A DNA stretch of 43,067 bases from an uncultured Candidatus Saccharibacteria bacterium (lineage in GTDB: Bacteria; Patescibacteriota; Saccharimonadia; Saccharimonadales; 2-12-FULL-41-12). Positions 34,025 through 43,067 of the stretch are shown piece after piece. How positions within the stretch are numbered: the first letter of the stretch is position 1; every line of letters begins with the position of its first letter. The notes below the pieces were generated by a model, which worked only from the letters and a program-made list of their open reading frames with translations, did no database searches and had not been told where the DNA came from. The translations under genes and the position numbers were made by a program. The DNA is taken from the NCBI GenBank assembly GCA_964609815.1, contig CAZSRV010000002.1, forward strand, positions 1 through 43,067. The letters run 5' to 3'.

Positions 34025-34277
34025 CATAGAGGTTACGCGATCAGCCCAAAAAGACATTAGAAAACTACCAAAACATATAATCGGTGCCCTGGACAAAATT
34101 ATGCGAGGTTTAGCAAAAAACCCAAGACCAAATGGTTGCAAAAAACTAAGAGGCACAAGCGATCATTACAGGCTAAGATACGGAAATTACCGAGTTGTTT
34201 ATGAGATTATTGATAAAAAATTAGTAATTATTGTGGTCAATATCAGTCATCGTAAAGATGTTTACCGCAAATACTAA
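34011..34277 (+). CDS. relE: type II toxin, RelE/ParE superfamily (RelE/StbE-like mRNA interferase)
   Basis: 88 aa with HYRLRYGNYRVVYEIIDKKLVIIVVNISHRKDVY, the RelE/StbE signature. Confidence 0.85.
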   Translation: MASYSIEVTRSAQKDIRKLPKHIIGALDKIMRGLAKNPRPNGCKKLRGTSDHYRLRYGNYRVVYEIIDKKLVIIVVNISHRKDVYRKY

Positions 34278-34299
34278 CAGAGGTGGTATAATATAATCA

Positions 34300-35352
34300 A
34301 TGCAAGAAAAGATTAATGCCCTGCGGGCTGAATATGCCGAAGTGCAAGCTAAGTTACAAGACCCCAAAGTTTTTGCCGACCCGTCTTACCCCAAAATCGC
34401 CAAGCGCCAAAAACACTTAGAAGAGACAATTGGATTATATGATGAACTAAATAAAACCGAAGACGAGCTAAAATCTGCTGAAGACCTAGCTAAAACCGGT
34501 GGTGAGCTGGCTGAACTAGCCGAGGCTGAAGTAACTGAGCTAACCGAACAAAAAGCTAAATTAGCCGAACAACTAGAAGAGGCTCTAACGCCCAAAGACC
34601 CTAACAATGACCGTGATGTGATTATAGAAGTCCGAGCGGCGGCTGGTGGCGACGAGGCTAGTTTGTTCGCTGGCGAACTATACCGCATGTATAGTCGATG
34701 GGCCGAAACACATGGATATAAAACTGAGCATATCAGTGAGAGTATGAATGATACTGGTGGCTACAAGGAAGTCTCGTTCGCCGTACGTGGTGATGAAGCC
34801 TACAAAAACCTAAAGTTTGAAGCTGGAGTACACCGCGTACAGCGTGTACCAGTGACCGAATCCCAAGGGCGAATACATACTTCTACCGTAACTGTGGCCG
34901 TCATGCCAGAGGCCGAGGAAACTGATCTAGAAATCAGCCCAAACGACTTACGAATTGATGTATTCCGAAGCGGTGGACACGGTGGCCAGAGCGTAAATAC
35001 CACTGACAGTGCTGTGCGAATCACTCACTTGCCAACAGGCACCGTAGTAACTTGCCAAGATGAAAAATCGCAGATCAAAAACAAAGAAAAAGCCATGGGT
35101 GTACTGCGCTCGCGCCTATTGCAAGCCAAAATTGATGCCGAACATAAAGAATTATCTGACGCTCGGCAAAAACTGATCGGTAGCGGTGACCGTAGCGAGA
35201 AAATTCGCACCTATAACTTCCCCCAAGACCGCATAACTGACCACCGGATCGGCTACAGTCGGTCCAATATTCCGGGAGCACTTAGTGGTAATATTGATGA
35301 TCTGATTGAGCAACTGCAGGGTTACGAACGCGAACTGATCAACAACGAATAA
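34300..35352 (+). CDS. prfA: peptide chain release factor 1
   Basis: PxT tripeptide ([14 protein letters not shown]) and GGQ ([24 protein letters not shown]). Confidence 0.95.
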   Translation: MQEKINALRAEYAEVQAKLQDPKVFADPSYPKIAKRQKHLEETIGLYDELNKTEDELKSAEDLAKTGGELAELAEAEVTELTEQKAKLAEQLEEALTPKDPNNDRDVIIEVRAAAGGDEASLFAGELYRMYSRWAETHGYKTEHISESMNDTGGYKEVSFAVRGDEAYKNLKFEAGVHRVQRVPVTESQGRIHTSTVTVAVMPEAEETDLEISPNDLRIDVFRSGGHGGQSVNTTDSAVRITHLPTGTVVTCQDEKSQIKNKEKAMGVLRSRLLQAKIDAEHKELSDARQKLIGSGDRSEKIRTYNFPQDRITDHRIGYSRSNIPGALSGNIDDLIEQLQGYERELINNE

Positions 35353-36161
35353 TGACAATTAGTGACTTTATAATAGAAAATACCCGGAAGTTAAGCTCGG
35401 CTGGCTGTGATGCACCACGTACTGATGTAATAGCTATACTAGAAGATTGCTTTAGCCAGGACCGCTCCTGGATTCTGGCTCATGATGACGAAAATATTAA
35501 AAAATCTGATTTAAGCAGTCTAACCAAAATGATTAGCCTGCGAGTCAAGCACCAACCATTGGCCTATATTCTGGGACACAAAGAGTTTTATGGCCGTAAA
35601 TTTGACGTCACCCAAAATGTGCTGATCCCCAGACCAGAGTCTGAAAGCATTATAGAACTAGCCAAAGAATTAAAGAAGTCCAAGCATTTTTTGGATATCG
35701 GTACCGGCTCTGGGTGTTTGGCTACCACGCTAGCTTTGGAAATACCCGGCACTAAAGTTATGGCCACCGATACTAGTTTGTTAGCATTAGAGATTGCCCA
35801 GGCTAATTGCCAAAGCTACGGCGCCGCAGTGGATTTTACACAGTCTGACCTGCTAGCAAGTCTACCAGATAAAACCTGGACCAAAGATTTGACAGTCGTG
35901 GCCAATCTACCTTATGTGCCAGATGAGCTAATAACCAGTCCCGAAATTACAACCGAACCCAAACTAGCCCTATTTGGCGGATCAGACGGAATGGATATTT
36001 ATAGAAACTTTTGGCAACAGATAGAGAATCTATCAACCAAACCAAAGTATATAATTACCGAAAGCCTAGAAAGCCAGCACATGAAACTGGCACTGGTAGC
36101 CGCTAAAGCCGGCTATCAGAACACCAAAACTCTAGGTCTCGCACAGCTATTTACAGTTTAA
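35352..36161 (+). CDS. prmC: release factor glutamine N5-methyltransferase PrmC/HemK
   Basis: LDIGTGSGCLA (motif I). Motif IV reads NLPY instead of NPPY. Its start overlaps the prfA stop by 1 nt. Confidence 0.85.
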   Translation: MTISDFIIENTRKLSSAGCDAPRTDVIAILEDCFSQDRSWILAHDDENIKKSDLSSLTKMISLRVKHQPLAYILGHKEFYGRKFDVTQNVLIPRPESESIIELAKELKKSKHFLDIGTGSGCLATTLALEIPGTKVMATDTSLLALEIAQANCQSYGAAVDFTQSDLLASLPDKTWTKDLTVVANLPYVPDELITSPEITTEPKLALFGGSDGMDIYRNFWQQIENLSTKPKYIITESLESQHMKLALVAAKAGYQNTKTLGLAQLFTV

Positions 36162-37447
36162 TTCTGTGGGGCGGCTTCTAATGTAACATCTATTTTAATA
36201 TCTTGGCCATCACGATGAACAGTAAGTGTAACCTTATCACCTACACTATACTTACCAAGCACTGATACTAAGCTATTTTTTTCGTCTATTTCTTGGTCGT
36301 TTACCTTAGTGATTATGTCTTTTTCCTTCAGGCCAGCTTTATCAGCTGGACTATCTTTTATAATAGACGGCTGACCATTACTGCTAGGCGCAATATAGGC
36401 ACCACGCTTAATATTTAGATTAAACTGGTAAGCATAATCATCTGTCAAAGTTACATATCGTACACCCAAATACGGACGAAGTAATTTGCCTTGTTTTATA
36501 ACGCCGTCTATCAAACCTTTGACATCGTTGATGGGGATAGAAAATCCAATGTTTTCAGCTCCACCAGAAGCTACAGCAGTATTAATGCCAATAACATTAC
36601 CGCCCATATCAACCAGTGGCCCACCAGAGTTACCCTGGTTAATAGAAGCATCTGTTTGGAACATATTTTGTAACGTCTCTGTGGATGATCCAGAACTATC
36701 ACCAGCCTCTAAACTACGACCATAACCAGAGATTATGCCAGAAGTCACGGTGTTTTGAAACTGACCTAGAGCGTTACCAATAGCTACTACTCTAGCGCCG
36801 ACATTAACAGCCGACGAATCACCCAAAGTTACAGCTTTTAGAGTCTTGCCTTTGCGGTCCTTTATCTTCAGAAATGCTACGTCTAAAGTGTCACTATCAC
36901 TAGTACGGCCAATCACTTCTACATCACTCAGTTTAGTGCCGTCAGACATAGTAATTTCTACTGATGATGTGCCGCTCGGGATAACATGACGATTAGTTAT
37001 AACAATACCTTTGTCGGCATCAATGATAAAACCTGTGCCAGCACTTTGCTCGGTATAAGACCGGCTACCACCAAATATGCTACGCTGAGTTGTTTCAGAC
37101 TTAACATCTATAGAAACTACACTCTCGCCAACACCCTTGGCAATACCGGTTATCAGCTGACCTTCATTGTCTATAACTTGACGGCTGACCTGATTAGATC
37201 CACCCGAATTACTGCTATAAGTTCTGGCAGCATAATAGCCACCACCATAGCCAGCTAGCAAACTAAAGGCTACTGTAATGATTATAAAACGCTTAATTTT
37301 ACTATCGCTCATGACAACATTGTCTTTTGCCGACTTATTGGTCTTGGTTATAGCTGGTTTTTTGTTAGTTTGTTCTGACTCTGGGTAGGGACCCATATTG
37401 AACATTGGTTTTTTATCGTTATTGTCTGAATTATTTTGTTCACTCAT
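36158..37447 (-). CDS. htrA: HtrA/DegP-family serine protease with PDZ domain, membrane-anchored
   Basis: TNRHV (His), GNSGGPLVD (Ser), C-terminal PDZ (PADKAGLKEKDIITKVND), and an N-terminal TM helix. Confidence 0.85.
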   Translation of the reverse strand: MSEQNNSDNNDKKPMFNMGPYPESEQTNKKPAITKTNKSAKDNVVMSDSKIKRFIIITVAFSLLAGYGGGYYAARTYSSNSGGSNQVSRQVIDNEGQLITGIAKGVGESVVSIDVKSETTQRSIFGGSRSYTEQSAGTGFIIDADKGIVITNRHVIPSGTSSVEITMSDGTKLSDVEVIGRTSDSDTLDVAFLKIKDRKGKTLKAVTLGDSSAVNVGARVVAIGNALGQFQNTVTSGIISGYGRSLEAGDSSGSSTETLQNMFQTDASINQGNSGGPLVDMGGNVIGINTAVASGGAENIGFSIPINDVKGLIDGVIKQGKLLRPYLGVRYVTLTDDYAYQFNLNIKRGAYIAPSSNGQPSIIKDSPADKAGLKEKDIITKVNDQEIDEKNSLVSVLGKYSVGDKVTLTVHRDGQDIKIDVTLEAAPQN

Positions 37448-37489
37448 GTTTACTATTTAGCCACCATTTCCTTAATTTTTACTGAGATT

Positions 37490-38248
37490 TTATTTAACTA
37501 TGCCCTCACCCCAGTTGGCAAAGATGATAATTATAAATACAAGTGCCAAAGCTACAAATATTATCTGACGCCTAACCAAAACCGATAGGCGTTCTTGCTC
37601 GTTTAGATAATACAAAACACCCAGTGTATATCCAATAACTGTCAGTAGTAACGATATCTGTGGCACACCACGATAAAACAGTAGCCAATGACCTAGAACC
37701 CAAACCATACAAGCCGAGAAAAATGTCCAGAGCCATGAATAGCTTAACGCATAAGGCTCATCAAATGATCCAAAAAAGTGCCGTGCTGAAAAGTAACTAA
37801 CTATAGACACCAACAGTATATAAACTGTTAATGGCGCCGACTCAAACACCAAGAAGACCGCCGTTACGCCAAGTGCCAAAGCTATCAAAGACTGCATTGT
37901 CACCCTAAAGACTGATTCACCAGGCTTGATGAATAACATCCAGATCTCAAATACGGCCAGCCAGATCAGACATGTTGCAAAAGAATCCCTAGACATGACC
38001 ATAAACCCAACTACCGACAAACTAACAATTAAATCAACAGCATTGGTTCTCATATGAGCCAGCCAGTGTCTAGGCTGCACGGCAAACATTCGCCATTTAC
38101 TAAGTATTACTAAAACCACAGCCGCCAAAGCTACATCTAGCCTAATAAGCATATAAGCTAAAATAGGCACAATCATTACCAAAACTATATGCATTAGGTG
38201 GGCAAAACCTTTGGATGGTTTTACCTTTTTTAGAACTTTTTTAACCAT
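37490..38248 (-). CDS. hypothetical polytopic membrane protein (about 7 TM)
   Basis: 252-aa hydrophobic ORF with no recognisable motif. Confidence 0.5.
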   Translation of the reverse strand: MVKKVLKKVKPSKGFAHLMHIVLVMIVPILAYMLIRLDVALAAVVLVILSKWRMFAVQPRHWLAHMRTNAVDLIVSLSVVGFMVMSRDSFATCLIWLAVFEIWMLFIKPGESVFRVTMQSLIALALGVTAVFLVFESAPLTVYILLVSIVSYFSARHFFGSFDEPYALSYSWLWTFFSACMVWVLGHWLLFYRGVPQISLLLTVIGYTLGVLYYLNEQERLSVLVRRQIIFVALALVFIIIIFANWGEGIVK

Positions 38249-38289
38249 AATATCTCTTGTTATTTCAGTTTAAATCAGGCCAGTCACTA

Positions 38290-40005
38290 CTAATTTGCCT
38301 GATCGCTACCTAGTATTATAACAAAGTCTACGGATTCATCAGCTACAATTGCGGGGTCTGGTATAGAATTTACTGCCGTCACGCCGAATCGTTTCTCTAA
38401 ATAATTCCTTGTATACTTTTTAGAATCACCACGCAAATCAACAATTACGGTAGACTGATAAGTTTTGGTTGGAGCATTGTCAACCTTCACAACGTTATAG
38501 CCATAAGATTTCAGTTCATCGCCCTTTTCAGTGGCCATTCCAGCTTTAGTAGTACCATTAAGCACCACAATACTAGCATTCTCGTTGCGGATAAAGCTAT
38601 CTTTTAATTGATTACGTACATAGTGCTGGATATCTTTGAAGTTACCTATACCGGCAGTCGGAATCACCACCGAAAGACCACCAATATTAGCCGTTTCTAC
38701 ATAATTATTTGGTGGATCAGCTAGGCCAATAGAGCTAATTTTGTCACCACCAATTTCCTTGGTTAACTGCCCTAGACGCTGCAAGTCTTGGATATTAAAG
38801 TTGGTTTGCACATGATCACCAAAAGTTCCTAACAGATTAGATATTTTTTGAGGATTGCTAAAGGTGCCGGCTGATAAAATTTTATCTTTTAATGCCGATA
38901 TTATAACTCTTTGCCTCTCTGCCCTGTCAAAATCGCCTCTAGGGCTCGTATACCTGGATCTGGCGTATGCCAAAGCTTTAAAGCCATCCATGTGCTGTTG
39001 GCCCTCCTGAACGTTCAGGTAATAGTTTTGGCCTTTTATTCTCATCTGTTCGGTTACTGATGAAGGCGCATTGAAGTCAATGCCACCAACGTTATTAATA
39101 GCTTGCTCAAAACCGCTAAAGTCAACCATTATATGGTAATGAATCGGCACACCCATAGTATTTTCAATCGTTTCTTCTAGTAGCTTGAAGCCATCGTTTT
39201 CGGCATTGATTATTTGATCTCTACCAATTATTGATTGTTGGTTTAGACTAGCTTGTTTACCCTCTGCAAAAGCAGCGTTTATCTTCATAGAACCATACTG
39301 CGGGACGCTAACATATAAGTCCCTAGGTATACTAAGCAAAGAGGCTTCTTTGGCAATTGGATCAATACTAGCCAAGATTATCGTATCTGTTAAGTCAGCT
39401 CCATCATGGCCTTCACCGCCACGACCAAGTAGCAAAATATTCACACGACCATCACCTTCGCCATTAAGTTTGGAAGGATCTACATTGCCCGCCAAAACTG
39501 CCGAATTACCACCGCCACGCAATACCTTATTGAGTGTTATATAACCTTTATAAACCAAAAATCCGACTACCAAGCCCAGGATAACTATAAAAATCGCTAT
39601 ACCTCTAATTATTTTTTTCTTTAGGGTTAGTGGCTTTTTATCTTTTTTGCGCCGAAATATACCAAATCGTTTTTTACTATCACCTGGGTGAGTGTTTTTA
39701 CGATCAACAAAAAATTCATTACCGCTCTGTCTATTAGCGTGATTAGCAATCTCTTGAGCATGAGCTTCTGGACCAGACTTCATAACAGGAGCCTGGCGAG
39801 TACTATGAAAGCCCTCTTTTCTAGCAAAATCGTTTAGCACACCTGGCTTTTGTGATGCGTGCGTGCGTTTTTTGGCACTGGAAACATCGCTAAAATCAAT
39901 CCTAGGACCCTGGTTAAACCTACCTGTTTTACCAGGCATAACCCCATCTATATAAGGTCGCCTTGCGCGATTAATATTTTTTCGTTCGTTATTATTCATA
40001 TTCAA
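38290..40005 (-). CDS. LytR-CpsA-Psr (LCP) family glycopolymer transferase with a C-terminal LytR_C-like domain
   Basis: Basic cytoplasmic N-terminus and one TM helix. LCP core: NILLLGRGGEGHDGADLTDTIILASIDP...SIPRDLYV...RSRY...GDFDRAERQ. Confidence 0.8.
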   Translation of the reverse strand: MNMNNNERKNINRARRPYIDGVMPGKTGRFNQGPRIDFSDVSSAKKRTHASQKPGVLNDFARKEGFHSTRQAPVMKSGPEAHAQEIANHANRQSGNEFFVDRKNTHPGDSKKRFGIFRRKKDKKPLTLKKKIIRGIAIFIVILGLVVGFLVYKGYITLNKVLRGGGNSAVLAGNVDPSKLNGEGDGRVNILLLGRGGEGHDGADLTDTIILASIDPIAKEASLLSIPRDLYVSVPQYGSMKINAAFAEGKQASLNQQSIIGRDQIINAENDGFKLLEETIENTMGVPIHYHIMVDFSGFEQAINNVGGIDFNAPSSVTEQMRIKGQNYYLNVQEGQQHMDGFKALAYARSRYTSPRGDFDRAERQRVIISALKDKILSAGTFSNPQKISNLLGTFGDHVQTNFNIQDLQRLGQLTKEIGGDKISSIGLADPPNNYVETANIGGLSVVIPTAGIGNFKDIQHYVRNQLKDSFIRNENASIVVLNGTTKAGMATEKGDELKSYGYNVVKVDNAPTKTYQSTVIVDLRGDSKKYTRNYLEKRFGVTAVNSIPDPAIVADESVDFVIILGSDQAN

Positions 40006-40058
40006 CTTAGATTATTTAAGTATAACTGCTTTTATGGTAGCTAGTAAACCGTATTTTT

Positions 40059-40760
40059 GTGATAAGCTTAATTATGATGCAACCAGAACAGCTACCCCCA
40101 CACAATAACCAACCTTTGCTTAATAATAGCTTAGAAAACTCTAGTCCGCCCCAAGAAATACCGGTCGGTCCTAAGCCACATAACCCTTCCTGGTGGCGTA
40201 ATAATCTTTCTACTATACTAATAATACTAGCAGCACCTCTGACCGCTTGGTTAATAGTTAGTTTCGTGGCACGATCATATATAGTGGATGGACCTAGTAT
40301 GTTAACTACATTACATGATAAAGACAGATTGATTATCAATAAAATACCAAAGACTTTCTCATCCTTAGCTGGCAAAAAATATATACCTGAAAGGTATCAA
40401 ATTATAGTTTTTCAGCACGATGGACAATTTTCTGGCGAACCGGATACTAAAAAGAATGTTATAAAGCGAGTAATTGGCGTACCTGGCGACCGGGTAGTTA
40501 TAAAAGATGGTGTCGTTAAAATTTTTAACTCAGAACACCCAGACGGATTTTTGGTTGATCAGCTAGGACCAGAAGCCAGTGTGATAGGCGCTACAGAACC
40601 CAATGTAGACGTCACGGTCAAAGACGGTGAAGTCTTTGTGCTGGGCGATAATCGTTCTAATTCACTAGACTCGCGCGAGATGGGCACCATACTATCCAAG
40701 GATATAATTGGTAAATTATCATACCGTATATGGCCACTTGATGCAGCCCAAAGATTTTAA
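40059..40760 (+). CDS. lepB: signal peptidase I
   Basis: VDGPSMLTTL (catalytic Ser), KRVIGVPGD (Lys), VLGDNRSNSLDSR. The start may be ATG 40074 rather than GTG 40059. Confidence 0.85.
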   Translation: MISLIMMQPEQLPPHNNQPLLNNSLENSSPPQEIPVGPKPHNPSWWRNNLSTILIILAAPLTAWLIVSFVARSYIVDGPSMLTTLHDKDRLIINKIPKTFSSLAGKKYIPERYQIIVFQHDGQFSGEPDTKKNVIKRVIGVPGDRVVIKDGVVKIFNSEHPDGFLVDQLGPEASVIGATEPNVDVTVKDGEVFVLGDNRSNSLDSREMGTILSKDIIGKLSYRIWPLDAAQRF

Positions 40761-40768
40761 CTGAAAAT

Positions 40769-41632
40769 TTAACTAATCTGATCTAGAAATTGAACAAATT
40801 CTTTGTTCGTTTTGAATTTTAGCTTCACTTCTCCACCCTTTGTGGCAGTCTTTATACTGACTTTTGCATTAAGTTTATCGCTAATAGTTTTTTCATATTT
40901 TTGATTTTTATCCTGGTGTTTAGGGGCAGGTTTTTTACCTTTGACAGAATTATTTTGCTTGGCGCGCTGCACAAAACTCTCTGCTTCACGTACAGACCAG
41001 CCATTTTTTACTATATTGTCTAGCAATATTTTTTGTAAATCTTCATCGCCCTTTAAGGCTAATAAACACCTGGCATGACCCTCTGTTATTTTGTTATCAT
41101 CTAATGCCTGACGACCAAAGTCTGGCAATTGTAGTAATCTAACTGTATTAACAACTGTAGTATGAGCCTTACCTAGCCGTGAGGCGATGTCTTGCAAGCT
41201 AATACTAAACTGTTCATTTAGCCTAGCGATAGACAAAGCTTGTTCCATTGGCGACAAATCCACTCTTTGCATATTTTCTATTAGTCCAATTTCTAGTTTT
41301 TCTAGGTCTTTTAGAGTCCGAACTAATACTGGTAAATGGCTTAAACCAGCTTGTTTGGCAGCATGATATCGGCGCTCACCGGCGATAATTACATACTCAT
41401 CATTGTCCTTGGTCACTACTAGCGGCTGCAAAATACCATATCTCTTTATAGATTGTGCTAGTTCACCAATAGCCACATTGTCAAAACTACGCCTTGGCTG
41501 GTTGGGGTCCGGTTTAATCACGTCTATTAATACTTTTTGTACTCGCTCGCCACTATCCAGCATTACCGAATTATCAAAATCATCAGGCAATAGACTACCA
41601 AAGCCTTTACCTAAAGCTCTTTTTGTACTCAT
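40769..41632 (-). CDS. parB: chromosome partitioning protein ParB/Spo0J
   Basis: PDPNQPRRSFD, IIAGERRYHAAKQAG, and an HTH region. Confidence 0.9.
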   Translation of the reverse strand: MSTKRALGKGFGSLLPDDFDNSVMLDSGERVQKVLIDVIKPDPNQPRRSFDNVAIGELAQSIKRYGILQPLVVTKDNDEYVIIAGERRYHAAKQAGLSHLPVLVRTLKDLEKLEIGLIENMQRVDLSPMEQALSIARLNEQFSISLQDIASRLGKAHTTVVNTVRLLQLPDFGRQALDDNKITEGHARCLLALKGDEDLQKILLDNIVKNGWSVREAESFVQRAKQNNSVKGKKPAPKHQDKNQKYEKTISDKLNAKVSIKTATKGGEVKLKFKTNKEFVQFLDQIS

Positions 41633-42405
41633 TTGTTATCTCCTTTTAGTTTTTGCAAAAGTTCTTTAGTAATATTTTTATACGCTTTGGCACCTTTACT
41701 CCATTTATCGTATTCATTTATAGGCTGACCATAGCTAGGCGCCTCAGCTAGTCTGATATTTCTAGGTATTACGTTTTTGAATAATTTATCACCAAAATGT
41801 TTGCCTACCTCACTATATACCTGGCCAGATAAAGCATTGCGTTTATCAAACATCGTTACCACTACACCTAGTAGCTCTAGATCCGGACTATAGGACCTTT
41901 GCACTTGTTGCATCACTTGTAATAATTGACTCAATCCCTCTAATGCATAATACTCTGCTTGTACCGGAATAAGTACTTTATCGGCAGCAGTCAACGAGTT
42001 AATAGTCAATAAACCTAGCGCTGGCGGACAGTCAATAATTATATAGTCATAATCTTTGATACTATTTAGGGCGTTCTTTAGGATTCGCTGCCGATCAGGC
42101 TTGTCAGAAATATCAATCTCGGCGCTAGCTAGCCTGGCGTCTGTTGGCAAAATATCCAAGTTTTTATAAGTAGTTCGGGATACTACTTGGTTAGGGTCAG
42201 CACCAGAAATCATAATGTCGCACAATGTTGCTTTTAGCTGAGTCTTATCTAACCCCAAGCCACTAGTGGCATTACCTTGGGGGTCGGCGTCTACTAGCAA
42301 AACCTTGTGGCCGGCCATTGCCAAATAACTAGCAATATTAACCGCCGTAGTAGTTTTGCCTACCCCGCCTTTTTGATTAAGTATAGCTATAATCTTTGTT
42401 TTCAT
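41629..42405 (-). CDS. parA: chromosome partitioning ATPase ParA/Soj
   Basis: Deviant Walker A NQKGGVGKTTT and IIDCPPALG. ATGA overlap with parB. Confidence 0.9.
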   Translation of the reverse strand: MKTKIIAILNQKGGVGKTTTAVNIASYLAMAGHKVLLVDADPQGNATSGLGLDKTQLKATLCDIMISGADPNQVVSRTTYKNLDILPTDARLASAEIDISDKPDRQRILKNALNSIKDYDYIIIDCPPALGLLTINSLTAADKVLIPVQAEYYALEGLSQLLQVMQQVQRSYSPDLELLGVVVTMFDKRNALSGQVYSEVGKHFGDKLFKNVIPRNIRLAEAPSYGQPINEYDKWSKGAKAYKNITKELLQKLKGDNK

Positions 42406-42425
42406 AAGCGCTTTCCTCTAAGTAA

Positions 42426-42463
42426 ATTATACCCTACCGGCCTGTGAAAATGCAATTTCACGG
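42426..42463 (-). promoter_or_regulatory. putative parAB promoter with an inverted repeat flanking the -35
   Basis: On the minus strand: GTGAAA-TTGCAT-TTTCAC (rc of 42444-42461), then 18 nt, then TATAAT (rc of 42426-42431). Confidence 0.35.
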
Positions 42464-42495
42464 ACGCATAATAGTATATAAGTCTATTAAATAGG

Positions 42496-43067
42496 CTAGT
42501 ACTGAGTTATCTGGATCCAAACTTTGTTCTCTGGAGTTTTTTGGCTAGTGGCCTTGCCTAGAACTGCTCCAACTGTCGGTGAATCCGAACTAGTAATCTG
42601 TCCATCTATCGATGACACCAATAAATCACCACTACTAATAACTGCTAAACTATCCGTACTGGCCAGTACTCTACCACCAACGGCTACCTCTACCATATTT
42701 CCAATAATGGTATCACTCATAACCACGCCGATAACTTTAGTATCGCCCACACTAACTGACTTTATAACCGATCCGTCATTCCTGGCCTGATCAATCACTA
42801 CCACTTGACCTTTTATTAGATTCTCGCCTGCTTTATACTTCTGAGTTATGGCATTTTCGGCCTCGTTAGGAGTGCCATCTAATAGTAATCCGCCAGAGGT
42901 TACTACCTTGCCAGCTACATGGATGTTACTAGCAAACTGCGCACTACCAGATACTGTCATATTATTAGTAGTTAGGTTGCCAGTGACATTCAGGCTTGTA
43001 GCGCTTAGATTGCCAGACACACTGACAGTGGTGAAGTTACCTGCTTGCAAGCTGTTTATGAGTGCCT
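42496..43067 (-). CDS. C-terminal part of a larger fibre/beta-helix-like surface protein (5' end outside the window)
   Basis: The frame stays open to the window edge (ALINSLQAGNF...). Repetitive SGNLSATSLNVTGNLTTNNMTVSG segment, then a beta-rich C-terminal domain (GDLLVSSIDGQITSS...GAVLGKA). Confidence 0.5.
   Translation of the reverse strand, partial: ALINSLQAGNFTTVSVSGNLSATSLNVTGNLTTNNMTVSGSAQFASNIHVAGKVVTSGGLLLDGTPNEAENAITQKYKAGENLIKGQVVVIDQARNDGSVIKSVSVGDTKVIGVVMSDTIIGNMVEVAVGGRVLASTDSLAVISSGDLLVSSIDGQITSSDSPTVGAVLGKATSQKTPENKVWIQITQY

Noticed and set aside
33806-34277. Toxin-antitoxin pair as evidence of an integrated mobile element
   Set aside because: There is no integrase, transposase, flanking direct repeats or tRNA target. 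The composition matches the surrounding genes.
34386-35358. Cluster of minus-strand ORFs (60-100 aa) inside prfA
   Set aside because: These are shadow ORFs within an unambiguous RF1 gene. They are Ser/Ala/Arg-rich with no translation signals.
40016-40375. 119-aa minus-strand ORF opposite the start of lepB
   Set aside because: It is antisense to the signal peptidase gene and overlaps the LCP promoter region. It has no SD and an implausible composition.
1-43067. Search by eye for tRNA, rRNA, tmRNA, RNase P, SRP RNA, CRISPR repeats and IS elements in all intergenic spacers longer than 60 nt
   Set aside because: No cloverleaf-compatible sequence, conserved RNA motif or regularly spaced direct repeat was seen. 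This is a visual inspection only and should be confirmed with tRNAscan-SE, Infernal and a CRISPR finder.

Overview
This is a 43-kb, AT-rich (roughly 40% GC by hand count) and very gene-dense chromosomal segment. It holds about 50 intact CDS under the standard bacterial code. About 80% are on the minus strand, and many have 1-4 nt start/stop overlaps. The content is almost entirely housekeeping: glyQS (partial)-recO, xseAB, rpmA, pyrG, a long minus-strand run hpf-secA-M16 peptidase-prfB-ftsE-ftsX-(coiled-coil CHAP hydrolase)-ctpA, serS, rsmE, an rlmD-like gene, class-I lysyl-tRNA synthetase, greA, rseP, frr-tsf-rpsB, rpmE, prfA-prmC, htrA, an LCP protein, lepB and parAB. Several traits point to a Patescibacteria/CPR (Saccharibacteria-like) genome, which is inference only: monoderm-type envelope genes, class-I LysRS, a Trm11-like methylase, tight packing and several lineage-specific hypotheticals. 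By eye I found no rRNA, tRNA, CRISPR array, transposase or integrase. Items worth follow-up, in my order of interest: (1) a heliorhodopsin-like 7-TM protein with a histone-like Lys/Ala tail and a rewired retinal pocket, sitting in a housekeeping operon; (2) a GC-rich cassette (consensus promoter, two tiny 2-TM proteins, strong terminator) that looks horizontally acquired; (3) a translationally coupled pseudo-histidine-kinase/pseudo-receiver pair upstream of recO; (4) an unknown 250-aa protein in the frr-rseP slot where pyrH/uppS/cdsA normally sit; (5) candidate structured leaders upstream of rpmA and rpmE; (6) a small islet between rpmE and prfA holding a strongly promoted acidic 114-aa protein and a RelE/RHH toxin-antitoxin pair. 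All homology calls come from reading the translations and from motifs recalled from memory. None were checked against a database.
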